A stretch of 64,000 bases of DNA from Promethearchaeota archaeon (GTDB taxonomy: Archaea > Asgardarchaeota > Lokiarchaeia > Sigyniarchaeales > SOKP01): assembly GCA_030603385.1 (NCBI GenBank), contig JAUVXW010000004.1, positions 93,088 to 157,087 of the forward strand, in the 5' to 3' direction. The notes under the pieces are model-generated. The model did not search any database, was not told the DNA's origin, and was given only the letters and a program-made list of their open reading frames with translations. Positions 22,004 to 31,790 of the stretch are shown here, one piece after another; position 1 is the first letter of the stretch; the number at the start of each line of letters is the position of its first letter. Made by a program: the position numbers and the translations under genes.

Positions 22004-22261
22004 TCATTTAACTTCAATTATTTCTAACAGTATTGCAGACTGGGGACAATTTTGAATGCAAACTCCACAGCCGTCGCAATTTACTTTTCGGTTTTCATCA
22101 TAAACATCAAAAGCTATACCATTTTTGACCAATATTACCGCATTTTTTTCACTTAAAAAACTCTTAGTTTTTAATTGGTCAAAATTGATTGGACATGAGA
22201 CCACACATATATTACAACCAGTACAGATGTTTCGGTTAACTTTAAGCTTGTAAACTTGCAT
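22004..22261 (-). CDS. fwdG: 2x[4Fe-4S] ferredoxin (FwdG-like)
   Basis: CTGCNICVVSCP and CDGCGVCIQNCP motifs. Confidence 0.85.
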   Translation of the reverse strand: MQVYKLKVNRNICTGCNICVVSCPINFDQLKTKSFLSEKNAVILVKNGIAFDVYDENRKVNCDGCGVCIQNCPQSAILLEIIEVK

Positions 22262-22554
22262 AATCTTCCCTTATTTTTAATTAGAGATAATAAAAAAGTC
22301 TGACAAAAGCGTATAATTTTTGTAGCTTTAAAATTGATTAATAATTTCTTTCTATATGATGAATTATGTATTTAACTTAATTTGTAGAAAGTATATTTTT
22401 ATAAAAAATTTGTTGTATGATTTATTAAGTTCAAATAATAAAAAGAGCTTAAATCAGAGATCGAAATTTTACTATTCCTTAAACTTATTAATTCCTACAC
22501 GAATCTTATATTAATTAGCTAATTTAATTTTGACTTTTATCGTAGTCTGATAAC

Positions 22555-23697
22555 ATGGAATCTACAAAAAGTGAAGATTGTCTTATTTTTTATGCTTTAA
22601 CTCCCGAAATTACTAAATTACGCCAAGTATATAATATAATCGGGAATTTTATGCAGAACAAGCAATCTATTGATCCTTCTGATCGATTTAATCTGATTTG
22701 GTTTCAAGATGATGGGCCAAATTATTTAGATAATTTTACATTTGACCCAGAATATATTTCAAAGACTTTAAAGTCATTAGGTAAAGTTATTACTAAAGCA
22801 AATATCGCTGGTGGCGTATTTATTGCGATAACATTTATCATTGAAGTATTCAAAAAGATTTCTGAAAAGTTCTTTCGGTTATTGATATTGGTTGACGATG
22901 GCGCATATGAAATCCCTGATGAATATCTCCCAGCACTTGAAGAATTAATTAAAAAAGTCAAGGATATGCCTTTTTTTATCGATATTATCTTGATGGGAAG
23001 TCCCTATTCTAATCAAGCTCAGAAATTATTGAAACTAGCAAATTTATCGAATGGAGAATTATATGGAATCAAAAATATAAAAGATCTAAGTCCAATCTTA
23101 ACAGAGTTATCAGAAAAGAAGCGTGTTTCAGAACCTTCGTTTGTAAAACAAAAATTACGAATGATACTCCCTGATAACCAACCATTTTACATAAATTTGG
23201 CGGATGACACTAAAAACGTTAATAATATAGCAACATGTTCCATTTGTTTTCATAAAGATGATCAGGGTATAGTAAAATGTCCTTCTTGTGATACTTCTGC
23301 TCATGAAGTATGTTGGGCACAATGGTCAGAAACTTCCAATATTGGAATTCCTCATGTGTTTAGATGCCATAATTGTTTCAATATATTAAAGCTTGATAAA
23401 GACTATATACGGGATGTTCGAGCAGGAAAGATACCAACTATTGCAGAATTAACTAAAATGAAAAAAAGGAATATTATTGAATATCTGCATGAAATTGAAT
23501 CTAAACGCGAACCTAAAGTTGTTCATACTGAAGATCCAATGGCAGTTGAAATTCGAGGGATGGTTGAAGCAACAAAATCGCAACCTAAAGAAGAAATTAA
23601 AAGAAAAAAAGTATCAGTACATATTTGCCCTAATTGTAGCAAAATTATGATGGGTGATAGGAAAAACTGTCCTTCTTGTGGATTTGTTATGTTTTAG
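22555..23697 (+). CDS. vWA-like domain + RING/PHD-like finger + C-terminal zinc ribbon
   Basis: LLILVDDG vWA-like strand; CxxC..CxxC..HxxC..CxxC; CPNC/CPSC. Confidence 0.7.
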   Translation: MESTKSEDCLIFYALTPEITKLRQVYNIIGNFMQNKQSIDPSDRFNLIWFQDDGPNYLDNFTFDPEYISKTLKSLGKVITKANIAGGVFIAITFIIEVFKKISEKFFRLLILVDDGAYEIPDEYLPALEELIKKVKDMPFFIDIILMGSPYSNQAQKLLKLANLSNGELYGIKNIKDLSPILTELSEKKRVSEPSFVKQKLRMILPDNQPFYINLADDTKNVNNIATCSICFHKDDQGIVKCPSCDTSAHEVCWAQWSETSNIGIPHVFRCHNCFNILKLDKDYIRDVRAGKIPTIAELTKMKKRNIIEYLHEIESKREPKVVHTEDPMAVEIRGMVEATKSQPKEEIKRKKVSVHICPNCSKIMMGDRKNCPSCGFVMF

Positions 23698-23858
23698 AAA
23701 TATAAACTTAAAGCTAGAACGTAATAATACAATTATTTCATTCCTAAATCTTGGAATTGAGATTTTATAAACCATATATTTAAATAATTTAGGGCTAAAA
23801 CTAATAATAAGTTGATTTAATAGGCTTTTTTAGACTTGTATTAATTTGGGTAAAAAAT

Positions 23859-25517
23859 ATGGATTCAGATGTATTTACTTTTCTTGTTGGAGGTAAAGCA
23901 GGAGAAGGAGTAAAAAAAGCAGGTTCTGTAGCAGCACATATGTTCTCGAGTATGGGTAGGCACATTTTCCAGATGGATGATTATATGAGTTTAATAAGAG
24001 GTGGTCATAACTTTTCTGTTGTAAGCACAGCTCCTAGATGGATTAGCAGTCATTATATGAAAGCAAATCTGGTTGTAAACTTTGATAAACGTAGCTGTGA
24101 AGCTCATATGAACGATATTGCAGAAAAAGGGATAATGATTTTTAATTCTGATGAACAAGAAAATGAGCGCGGCATTGGAATTCCATTAACTTCAGAAGCA
24201 AAAAAATATCCGATGAAAAGTTTAATGTATGGAGTAGGTGCCGTAGCTATTTTATCAGCTACAATTGGGTTTGAAAAAGAGAAAATGAATCAAATTATTG
24301 AAGAAGAATATTCAAGAGGAATAGAAGATAATATTGCTTTTGCCAACAAAATTTATGACTTAGTGTATCCTGATTGTGGCAAGAAATTTACATTAGATAA
24401 AGGAGATAAAAAGAGACCCATTATTACTGGAAATGAAGCAATTAGTCTAGGAGCAATAGCGGGGGGATTAGATGTTTATTATGGTTATCCTATGACTCCT
24501 GCATCAACAATCTTACACACACTCGCTCGTGAAGCTAATAATTTCGGTTTAGCTGTTGTTCATGCTGAAGGTGAAATTGCAGTCATTAATATGGCAATTG
24601 GCTCAGCTTTCACAGGAGCAAGAGTCATGGTTGGCACGAGTGGTGGTGGTTTCGCTCTTATGACCGAAGGTTTCTCTTTAGCAGGTATCACGGAGGCTCC
24701 AGTATTAGTTATATTATCTCAAAGACCGGGACCAGCAACTGGAGTTCCCACTTACACTGAACAAGCTGATTTAGCTTTTGCTTTGACAGCGGGGCATGGA
24801 GATTTCTTGAGAATTGTGACTTCCCCTAGAACAGTTAGAGAAGCATATTATCTTTCAGGTGAAATGTTAAATTTAGTATGGAAATTTCAAACACCGGGGA
24901 TAATATTAACTGAAAAACATCTTTCAGAGAGTAGCATGACGGTTGAAATTGATGTAGAGAAATCAAAATGGGAAGAGCCGAAAATGCATATAGTTGGTGA
25001 TTATAAACGATATTTAGATACTGATGATGGAGTTTCTCCTATGTTATTTCCACCATCAAACCAAATTATAAAATGGAATAGTTATGAACATGATGAATTT
25101 GGTATAACAACAGAAAATGCTGAGAAGATATCTTTAATGCACGATAAAAGAAATAAAAAGTTAAAAATACTAATAGAATACTTAAAGGGACAAGATACTG
25201 TTAGAATAATTCGTGGTGAAAATCCTACTAATATCTTCACCTATGGTTCAACTTATATGAGTGTTTTAGAAGCTCTTCGATATGCAAGTTTAAATCCCAC
25301 AATCGTTGCGCCAATTTATTTGAGTCCATTACCTATCTGGAAATTAGAAGAATTCAAAGAACAAGAAAATATCGTTATCGAGCAAAGCTCTACGGGACAA
25401 TTTACTAAGCTCTTAAAAGAAAAAGCAGGGATGAAGATAAGAAATACAATTAAGAAGTATGACGGAAGACCATTTGATCCAATTGATTTAGCAAAAAAAC
25501 TAAAGGAGGTGCTTTAA
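23859..25517 (+). CDS. 2-oxoacid:ferredoxin oxidoreductase alpha subunit (gamma-alpha fusion)
   Basis: GGKAGEG, IRGGHN, YPMTP, TSGGGF and QRPGPATG motifs. Confidence 0.92.
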   Translation: MDSDVFTFLVGGKAGEGVKKAGSVAAHMFSSMGRHIFQMDDYMSLIRGGHNFSVVSTAPRWISSHYMKANLVVNFDKRSCEAHMNDIAEKGIMIFNSDEQENERGIGIPLTSEAKKYPMKSLMYGVGAVAILSATIGFEKEKMNQIIEEEYSRGIEDNIAFANKIYDLVYPDCGKKFTLDKGDKKRPIITGNEAISLGAIAGGLDVYYGYPMTPASTILHTLAREANNFGLAVVHAEGEIAVINMAIGSAFTGARVMVGTSGGGFALMTEGFSLAGITEAPVLVILSQRPGPATGVPTYTEQADLAFALTAGHGDFLRIVTSPRTVREAYYLSGEMLNLVWKFQTPGIILTEKHLSESSMTVEIDVEKSKWEEPKMHIVGDYKRYLDTDDGVSPMLFPPSNQIIKWNSYEHDEFGITTENAEKISLMHDKRNKKLKILIEYLKGQDTVRIIRGENPTNIFTYGSTYMSVLEALRYASLNPTIVAPIYLSPLPIWKLEEFKEQENIVIEQSSTGQFTKLLKEKAGMKIRNTIKKYDGRPFDPIDLAKKLKEVL

Positions 25518-25521
25518 AAAA

Positions 25522-26361
25522 ATGGATGATCTTAAAACTTATGCTGAAATTACATGGTGCCCTGGATGTGGTAATTTTGGGATCTTTACAGCTGTAAGAA
25601 ATGCAATCCCTCTTTTAGAAGAAAAAGGTATTAAGAGAGATAATATTGTAATAACTTCAGGGATTGGCTGTCATGGAAAAATTTTTGATTATCTTAATTT
25701 AAGTGGTTTTTATGGACTACACGGTCGTAATTGTTCAAATTCAGAGGGTATAAAAATTGCAAATCCAGATTTAAAAGTAATTAACTTTTCTGGAGATGCG
25801 AATGGATTGGCGGAAGGTTTGGCACATACAATTTTCGCAGCAAAAAGAAACCAAGATATAACGTTTATTCTACATAATAACAGTGTTTACGCTCTCACAA
25901 CGGGTCAATTTTCTCCATTAGCAGAAAAAGGTTGGAAAGGTCCATCTACACCCAGAGGAAGCTACGAAGAACCATTTAATCCGATGTCTTTAATGATCGA
26001 GGCAGGTGCAACTTTCGTAGCAAGAGGTTTTGCGGGAGATACAAAGCATCTCACTGATATTATAGTACAAGGAGTTGAACATGAAGGTTTTTCCTTCATA
26101 GAAATACTACAACCTGCTGTTCCATACCATAAATGGACTGAATATAGAGAACAAGTTGAATACCTTGTAAAAGAACCGGAAACATATTTTAAAGCTTTTA
26201 AAGCTGCCAAGGAGAATCATAAATTTACTTTAGGGGTGTTTTATCGAACTCAAAGACCTGTTTATCACAAAGAGTTATATGCAGATCATAATCCTATAAC
26301 AGATAGAATAAATAGAAAGGTCAGGTTAGAGAAAATTCGGAAAATACTTGAATCCAAATGA
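25522..26361 (+). CDS. 2-oxoacid:ferredoxin oxidoreductase beta subunit (TPP-binding)
   Basis: WCPGCG, SGIGC, LHGR and NNSVYALTTGQ motifs. Confidence 0.92.
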   Translation: MDDLKTYAEITWCPGCGNFGIFTAVRNAIPLLEEKGIKRDNIVITSGIGCHGKIFDYLNLSGFYGLHGRNCSNSEGIKIANPDLKVINFSGDANGLAEGLAHTIFAAKRNQDITFILHNNSVYALTTGQFSPLAEKGWKGPSTPRGSYEEPFNPMSLMIEAGATFVARGFAGDTKHLTDIIVQGVEHEGFSFIEILQPAVPYHKWTEYREQVEYLVKEPETYFKAFKAAKENHKFTLGVFYRTQRPVYHKELYADHNPITDRINRKVRLEKIRKILESK

Positions 26362-26393
26362 AAGAATTTATGAATTTTGAAAATATTAGGTAT

Positions 26394-26921
26394 TTAGTTA
26401 AATGTATCGTAAATCTTTTCAATTTCTTTAAGGATTTTTGAATATAGAGCAGAGGATATCCTAAATGTAGTATTTTCTACGAGATGATGGAGAAAATTTT
26501 TACATTTTTCTATACCAACAAATTTTAGGCGTGTTGCTTTGATGAGGACACCTAAAGTACCCGTGACTTTTAAGTCCAAAGTCCTAGCAATTTCCCGTGC
26601 TGCTAAATCATCAATGATAATAATACTTTCACCAGTATTATCCTGAAGTTCCTTTGCAAGGGCTAATACTGACGCTTCTCCGGTATGAATGTGTAATTCC
26701 TCTAGTCTATCAACGAGTTGCCTATTTATTGGTTCCTTTAATAAAAGCCAACTAGAAAAGGAATCTTTTAAAACTGTAAATTCAGCAACATTGTCATCGC
26801 TTAATACCTCTTTTTTAATGATTAATGTGGTGTAACATTCAGTAAAAAGCTTTGGTACTAAAGATAATGCACCAATTTTGCTTAGATATATCAAAGGTGA
26901 AGCATTTATAATTCCAATCAT
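26394..26921 (-). CDS. DUF3368 PIN-domain toxin
   Basis: NASPLI, GEASVL, IIDD..AR and VTGTLGVL motifs. Confidence 0.88.
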   Translation of the reverse strand: MIGIINASPLIYLSKIGALSLVPKLFTECYTTLIIKKEVLSDDNVAEFTVLKDSFSSWLLLKEPINRQLVDRLEELHIHTGEASVLALAKELQDNTGESIIIIDDLAAREIARTLDLKVTGTLGVLIKATRLKFVGIEKCKNFLHHLVENTTFRISSALYSKILKEIEKIYDTFN

Positions 26922-26933
26922 ATTCTTGGCTAT

Positions 26934-27233
26934 TCAATCTAAGGCATATTCAATATCTTCCTTTATAGCTTGTTCATCGTATCCTGATACATTTCGCTTT
27001 TTTAATTCCTCCATCATCTTTCTTAGCGAGACCCCAGCCTTTTCCGCAGCCTTCCAGGCACTCATGTTTTTTTCTCCTACTTGGTTACAAAGAACTACAA
27101 ACATTTCCTCAGATAGACTTTTCTCTAATAATTGACGGATGTAGGATGATTTATCTTTTTTTTTTAATCTTGCCATTAAAAACCTTAACTTTTCATCAAG
27201 ATCATCATCTATTCTTACTGATAGAATTTTCAT
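26934..27233 (-). CDS. UPF0175-family antitoxin (RHH + HTH)
   Basis: LSVRIDD...SAWKAAEKAGVS, upstream of the PIN gene. Confidence 0.85.
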   Translation of the reverse strand: MKILSVRIDDDLDEKLRFLMARLKKKDKSSYIRQLLEKSLSEEMFVVLCNQVGEKNMSAWKAAEKAGVSLRKMMEELKKRNVSGYDEQAIKEDIEYALD

Positions 27234-27277
27234 GATTGTTCTATGTATACTAGATCATCTCTAGTATATATAATTAT

Positions 27278-27466
27278 TTGCAAGGGAGTCATTTTTGGGG
27301 GGATATCTATTATGATGAAAGCTTTGATGTGACTATAGATTCGCTCGATAATGTTTACATTGTTGGTTCTTGTTGTTGCAGTTTTGGGGCAGGATCTAGG
27401 GACATGGTTTTGCTTAAATACATTCAAGATATATTTAAATCAATAATTAATTTTAATCGAATCTAG
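27278..27466 (+). pseudogene. Isolated beta-propeller (SBBP-like) repeat remnant
   Basis: Single repeat DVTIDSLDNVYIVG...SFGAGSRDMVLLKY. Confidence 0.5.
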
Positions 27467-27907
27467 ATAGAGTATAATATGGAGATCATAACCCTATTAC
27501 TAACAGACTGTCGAGATATATACGATTAGATAAAATTCGCAAAAATCTTGAATCTAAATAAGGAACAAGTTTTATTTTTAAATAATATTTTAAGTAATAT
27601 AAAAAAAAATAGTAGTATAGGATATTCGTTAATAAGACTTGATATTTTGGAAGTACAATCGAAAAGAAAATGAGAAATATTATAAGAAAAATTTAAATAT
27701 AGAAATTTTTTTTTTGAGATAAAGCCTATTGTAATCATTTTCTTAGTTTGGAATTTTGTCGTTTATTTTTTTGTATTTTTTTCCCCATAAAATTAAGTAT
27801 GGGCAAAAATCTTTAAATATGTGGAAGATAATTATCTATATAACAAACTCTTGAAAAATAACAAAATTTAATAAAATAATAAAAAATTATTAGTGGAGGA
27901 AAAAAAA

Positions 27908-28186
27908 ATGGCAGGTTCTGAATATATTAGTTGGAGTCCTATTAGGCGCCTTATGAAACTATAATAATCAACTCGATTATTTCTTCAAAATAATGGCGCT
28001 TTAATCGTTGCTCGTGATGCAGTTAACGAGCTCGTTGAATGGATGGGTAGCTCCGCTGAGAAACTTACTAAAAGTGCTTTAACTTTAACTAAACACTCTA
28101 AAAGAAAGAAAATCACGAGCTTCCTTTAGAATTCCTAAAAAAACGTGAAAAATGACATTCTTTTAGCGATTAAATACTTCAAATAA
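27908..28186 (+). CDS. Archaeal histone, 72 aa, three exons (27908-27959, 27990-28119, 28150-28186)
   Basis: Spliced product MAGSEYISWSPIRRLMKHNGALIVARDAVNELVEWMGSSAEKLTKSALTLTKHSKRKKITRNDILLAIKYFK has histone-fold motifs (PIRRLMK; KHSKRKKITRND). GTGGAGG upstream and T-run downstream. Missed by the ORF track because both inserts contain stops. Confidence 0.92.
27960..27989 (+). other. BHB-type mRNA intron 1 of the histone gene (30 nt)
   Basis: Central helix UGAA/UUCA, bulges AC|U and AA|A, exon helix AGGCGCC..UUA/UAA..GGCGCUU. Removal gives AAA CAT AAT. Confidence 0.88.
28120..28149 (+). other. BHB-type mRNA intron 2 of the histone gene (30 nt)
   Basis: Central helix CACG/CGUG, bulges AG|C and AA|A, intron stem UUUAG/CUAAA. 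Removal gives ACG AGA AAT GAC. Confidence 0.88.
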
Positions 28187-28211
28187 GTTAAAGTGAACTT
28201 AAAATTATAAA

Positions 28212-28223
28212 TCTTTTTTTTTT
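28212..28223 (+). terminator. Oligo-T terminator after the histone gene
   Basis: TCTTTTTTTTTT about 25 nt past the stop. Confidence 0.5.
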
Positions 28224-28456
28224 ATTATTATTATTATCTTATCGATAAAATTCAAGTTAAATGTTCCTTTAAAGGCTCTGCATGACAAAACACAGGGCAA
28301 CCATGAGGAAAAGTTTAACAACCATACTTATAGTCTAATTCTCTAATAAAATAGCTTCTTGGATAGGATAAAGAGAGCAGATTGAGTACGTTAGAAACGA
28401 ATCAGAAACACACTTTCAAATGATATACAATAAATAATAGTCTTTTAAAGATAGAC

Positions 28457-28714
28457 TTAATGCTTTTGGAAGCTGGGGGATTTTAGATCAATTATTCGAT
28501 GTTTGCTTGGGTTAAATATCCATTCGTTTTTACATTTTTTAGAACAGAAATAGTGCTTTGGAATTTTTTGAGTGATATTTATAAATACAAATTTATAAGG
28601 CCTATCATAATTACTCTGATACTGTTTTACAGGTTTTCCACACAATTCACAATTTTTTTTCAAGATGATCATACTTTCATTTATTTCTTCTGCGGAATCT
28701 TTAAAAAATTTCAT
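28457..28714 (-). CDS. Small TRASH/zinc-finger-like protein
   Basis: CELCGK...YFCSKKC. Confidence 0.6.
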   Translation of the reverse strand: MKFFKDSAEEINESMIILKKNCELCGKPVKQYQSNYDRPYKFVFINITQKIPKHYFCSKKCKNEWIFNPSKHRIIDLKSPSFQKH

Positions 28715-28854
28715 TTTTTTTCTTTTTTCGCATTTTACAATTTTAGCATCTATTACTTTAACTAATATAATAGTTTGCCTATAAAATTATTGTTTATATT
28801 TATTATAGTAAGATGAAATGAAAAAATAGCAATATATGACGAAAGCTAAAAGTT

Positions 28855-30213
28855 TTAACCTAGATTGATACGACCAATTGCCCTAAAAGATAGATTCTTA
28901 TTGAATATTTCATAATCGTAGATTCTTCTTCCATCTACAAGATTAGGAGTTTTCATGTATTTTTTAAAGTCATCTGGAGTTAATTTTTTAAATTCATCCC
29001 ATTCTGTTATTATTAAGGCACATTCAGAATTTTTTAAGGCGTCTTCAACTGAATTAGCATATTTTATCTTATCTCCTAATTCTATTTCTGCTGTTTCATT
29101 AGCTTTAGGATCATAACCTTCTATATTTGTTACGCCCCTTTTTATTAGTTCATTAATAACTCTAATACTAGCTGCTTCTCGCATATCGTCTGTACCTGGC
29201 TTGAAAGCAAGCCCTAATAAAGTGACTTTTTTACCAGCTAATTTTCCTGTCAATTGTTCAGCAAGATTAACAATATGAATTGCTTGGTCATCATTTATAC
29301 CCAAAACTGCTTCTAATAACCTAGAGGTATACCCTTTAGATTTTGACCAAGCCTTTATAGCGTTCACATCTTTATGGAAACAGGATCCACCAAAACCAAC
29401 TCCTGCTCCTAAAAATCTATGGTTCAATCGATAATCTAGACCCACCCCTTTCATGACCTGAACGATATCAACATTTGGCACCAATTCAGCGAAATTGGCA
29501 AATTCATTTGCATAACTAATCTTAGTTGACAGTAGGCAATTATTTCCATACTTTACTAACTCAGCACTTTCTAAATTCATCCTTAAAATTGGACAATTTT
29601 CTAAATGATCTCCATAAAAATATTCATAAAATTCTTGAAGCATCGCACCACTTTTCTCATCAAACTCTCCAATTACAATTCTATCTGGATGCAAAGTGTC
29701 TTCAATAGAACGACCTTCAGCTAAAAATTCAGGCTGCATGCACAGTCCATAATCTTTTCCTGGTTCTTTACGTGATACTTCATTTATAATCTTAGATACC
29801 AAATTTCGAGTAGTCCCGGGTACTACAGTCGATCTTACAACAATTAGATGATAATTCTCTTTTTTCTTCAATGCCTCTCCAATTTCTCTAGCTGTACTCT
29901 CTATAAAACCTAAATCAATACTTTTATCTTCTCTCATAGGTGTTCCTTGAGTGATCATCGAAATATCTGTTTCTAATACCGCCTTGACGGGATTAGTTAG
30001 GCATTGGAGAAGCTCCGGAACATTTTTTTTAATATTAGTCATCATATCCTGTAATTCCGCTTCAAAAAATGGAGCCTTTCCATCATTAATTATCGCCGCT
30101 TTTTTTTCATTATGTGTGGATGCTAATACTTTTATATTTTTCTCAGCGAAACAAGCAGCAGAGCATAAACCTATAAATCCAGTCCCTAAGATTGAAACTT
30201 TATATTTATACAT
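28855..30213 (-). CDS. UDP-glucose/GDP-mannose 6-dehydrogenase
   Basis: GTGFIG, STVVPGT, PEFLAEG, GFGGSCF and FKPGTDDMRE motifs. Confidence 0.93.
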   Translation of the reverse strand: MYKYKVSILGTGFIGLCSAACFAEKNIKVLASTHNEKKAAIINDGKAPFFEAELQDMMTNIKKNVPELLQCLTNPVKAVLETDISMITQGTPMREDKSIDLGFIESTAREIGEALKKKENYHLIVVRSTVVPGTTRNLVSKIINEVSRKEPGKDYGLCMQPEFLAEGRSIEDTLHPDRIVIGEFDEKSGAMLQEFYEYFYGDHLENCPILRMNLESAELVKYGNNCLLSTKISYANEFANFAELVPNVDIVQVMKGVGLDYRLNHRFLGAGVGFGGSCFHKDVNAIKAWSKSKGYTSRLLEAVLGINDDQAIHIVNLAEQLTGKLAGKKVTLLGLAFKPGTDDMREAASIRVINELIKRGVTNIEGYDPKANETAEIELGDKIKYANSVEDALKNSECALIITEWDEFKKLTPDDFKKYMKTPNLVDGRRIYDYEIFNKNLSFRAIGRINLG

Positions 30214-30481
30214 TATAAATCAATATTAGTATTTTGTTTTTAAATAGTTAAATTTTGAAAAATAGTTAAATTTTCTTTTTCAAACTTATATATAGATACT
30301 AAACTAATGAAACTATATCTTTAATTTAAAGTTAAGAAACATACAAATAAATTTATAATTTAACGAATCTAGTATTAAATTTGTGTTCTCTTCCAATGAA
30401 AGTTGGAAGCATGGGAATTCTATGGGTAGGATTTTAAAATTAATTTTTCAATATTAATACAAAATAAGGTTAAACGATAAA

Positions 30482-31768
30482 ATGAAAGATATAAGAAAAG
30501 AATTAAAAATTACGAATGAGGCATTAAAAGCTGTAAATGATTTTCTCTTGGATGAAAAAAATCCATTAATAAATAAACTATTCGAAGTAATCGAAAAATA
30601 CGGTGGAGTCGAAGAAATCAACAAAAAAGCTAAAGAAGAAAGTCAATTAGACAACCTATTAGATAAATTGAAACATAAAAAGCTAGATTATATCCAAGAT
30701 ATTGAATGGTTGATTAAACAAAGAGAAAAAAATGCTTTTATTAGTATACCTGATTATAGAAAAAAAATTCTTGGAGATAAATTATCTGAGATTACATTTG
30801 ATAAGGATTTTGCTGTCACATTAGAGCTTTCAGCATGTCAATATTTTCCATTTTTTATAGATATTGTAAAAGCTGCAATTGAAGATCAGAATTTAATGCC
30901 GAGTAGAATAATCCGCGTTAGAAAAATGAAAGAACAAGAAGAGGATGGCGATTTATTAGCTATGGCAGCTGCGATGCAAATTATAGGAGCGACTTATGTA
31001 GAAACATTAGATACCAAGGGAACGGCTCCTGGCCCTGATGGATTACCGATAAATGTACATCTTGGTGGACCCGAAACCATAACAGGTTATTTTGGAGGAA
31101 TTGGGCAACCTAACGATCTTGCATTAAAGTGGATTGATGAATATCTTTATTATTATACTAATTATGGTATCAAGCAAGTTTTAAATGTTAATCCTGGAAC
31201 CGTCCTTCTTGGATACTTCATGCATAAACTTGGAATAAATAATGAATTCAAAATCTCAGTATATATGGGAAATGATAATCCCTACGCTTGTTTGTGGACT
31301 CTTTTAACAGCAAAATTATTTGCCAGAGAAGATGGAACAAGTTCGTTGATTGGTTTTAATCTTGCTAATTCCGTAAATAATGAAACGATTGAACTCTCTG
31401 CTTATATTAGAAAAGAATTTGATTTTGAAGATGTTGTTAGATTTGAACATCATGTAATTGAGACACAGAAAAGTATTGTACGCCAACCATATGATCGAAG
31501 GGACGAATTAGTGGAGGTTGCTACGAAAGTAAAAAATATCAGTGCTAAACATGAAGGTGGTGATGTAGAAATGGATAAAAACAGAGAATATCCTTCAGAT
31601 ATTTTAGATTATTTTAGAGATAAGCAAGAGATTATTGATTCGGGTCATTGGGAATTTATGCGTAGAAATCACCTTGATAGATATATTGCTGTAAATACTA
31701 CAGCTAAAATATTAACTGAAAATGGCATTGATATTATTGCTGCCCAAAATCTTCATAAATATGAATAA
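30482..31768 (+). CDS. Conserved hypothetical protein, likely an enzyme co-transcribed with dapA-fae
   Basis: 428 aa with conserved-looking ETLDTKGT...NVHLGG..TITGYFGG and SAKHEGG; 22 nt gap to the next gene. Confidence 0.75.
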   Translation: MKDIRKELKITNEALKAVNDFLLDEKNPLINKLFEVIEKYGGVEEINKKAKEESQLDNLLDKLKHKKLDYIQDIEWLIKQREKNAFISIPDYRKKILGDKLSEITFDKDFAVTLELSACQYFPFFIDIVKAAIEDQNLMPSRIIRVRKMKEQEEDGDLLAMAAAMQIIGATYVETLDTKGTAPGPDGLPINVHLGGPETITGYFGGIGQPNDLALKWIDEYLYYYTNYGIKQVLNVNPGTVLLGYFMHKLGINNEFKISVYMGNDNPYACLWTLLTAKLFAREDGTSSLIGFNLANSVNNETIELSAYIRKEFDFEDVVRFEHHVIETQKSIVRQPYDRRDELVEVATKVKNISAKHEGGDVEMDKNREYPSDILDYFRDKQEIIDSGHWEFMRRNHLDRYIAVNTTAKILTENGIDIIAAQNLHKYE

Positions 31769-31790
31769 ATTGAAGTGAGTTGACTAAAAT

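Noticed and set aside
27960-28149. Histone as a pseudogene or stop-codon read-through
   Set aside because: Stops occur only inside two exact 30-nt inserts that form BHB motifs, and the exons are intact. Read-through would add 10 residues twice inside the histone fold.
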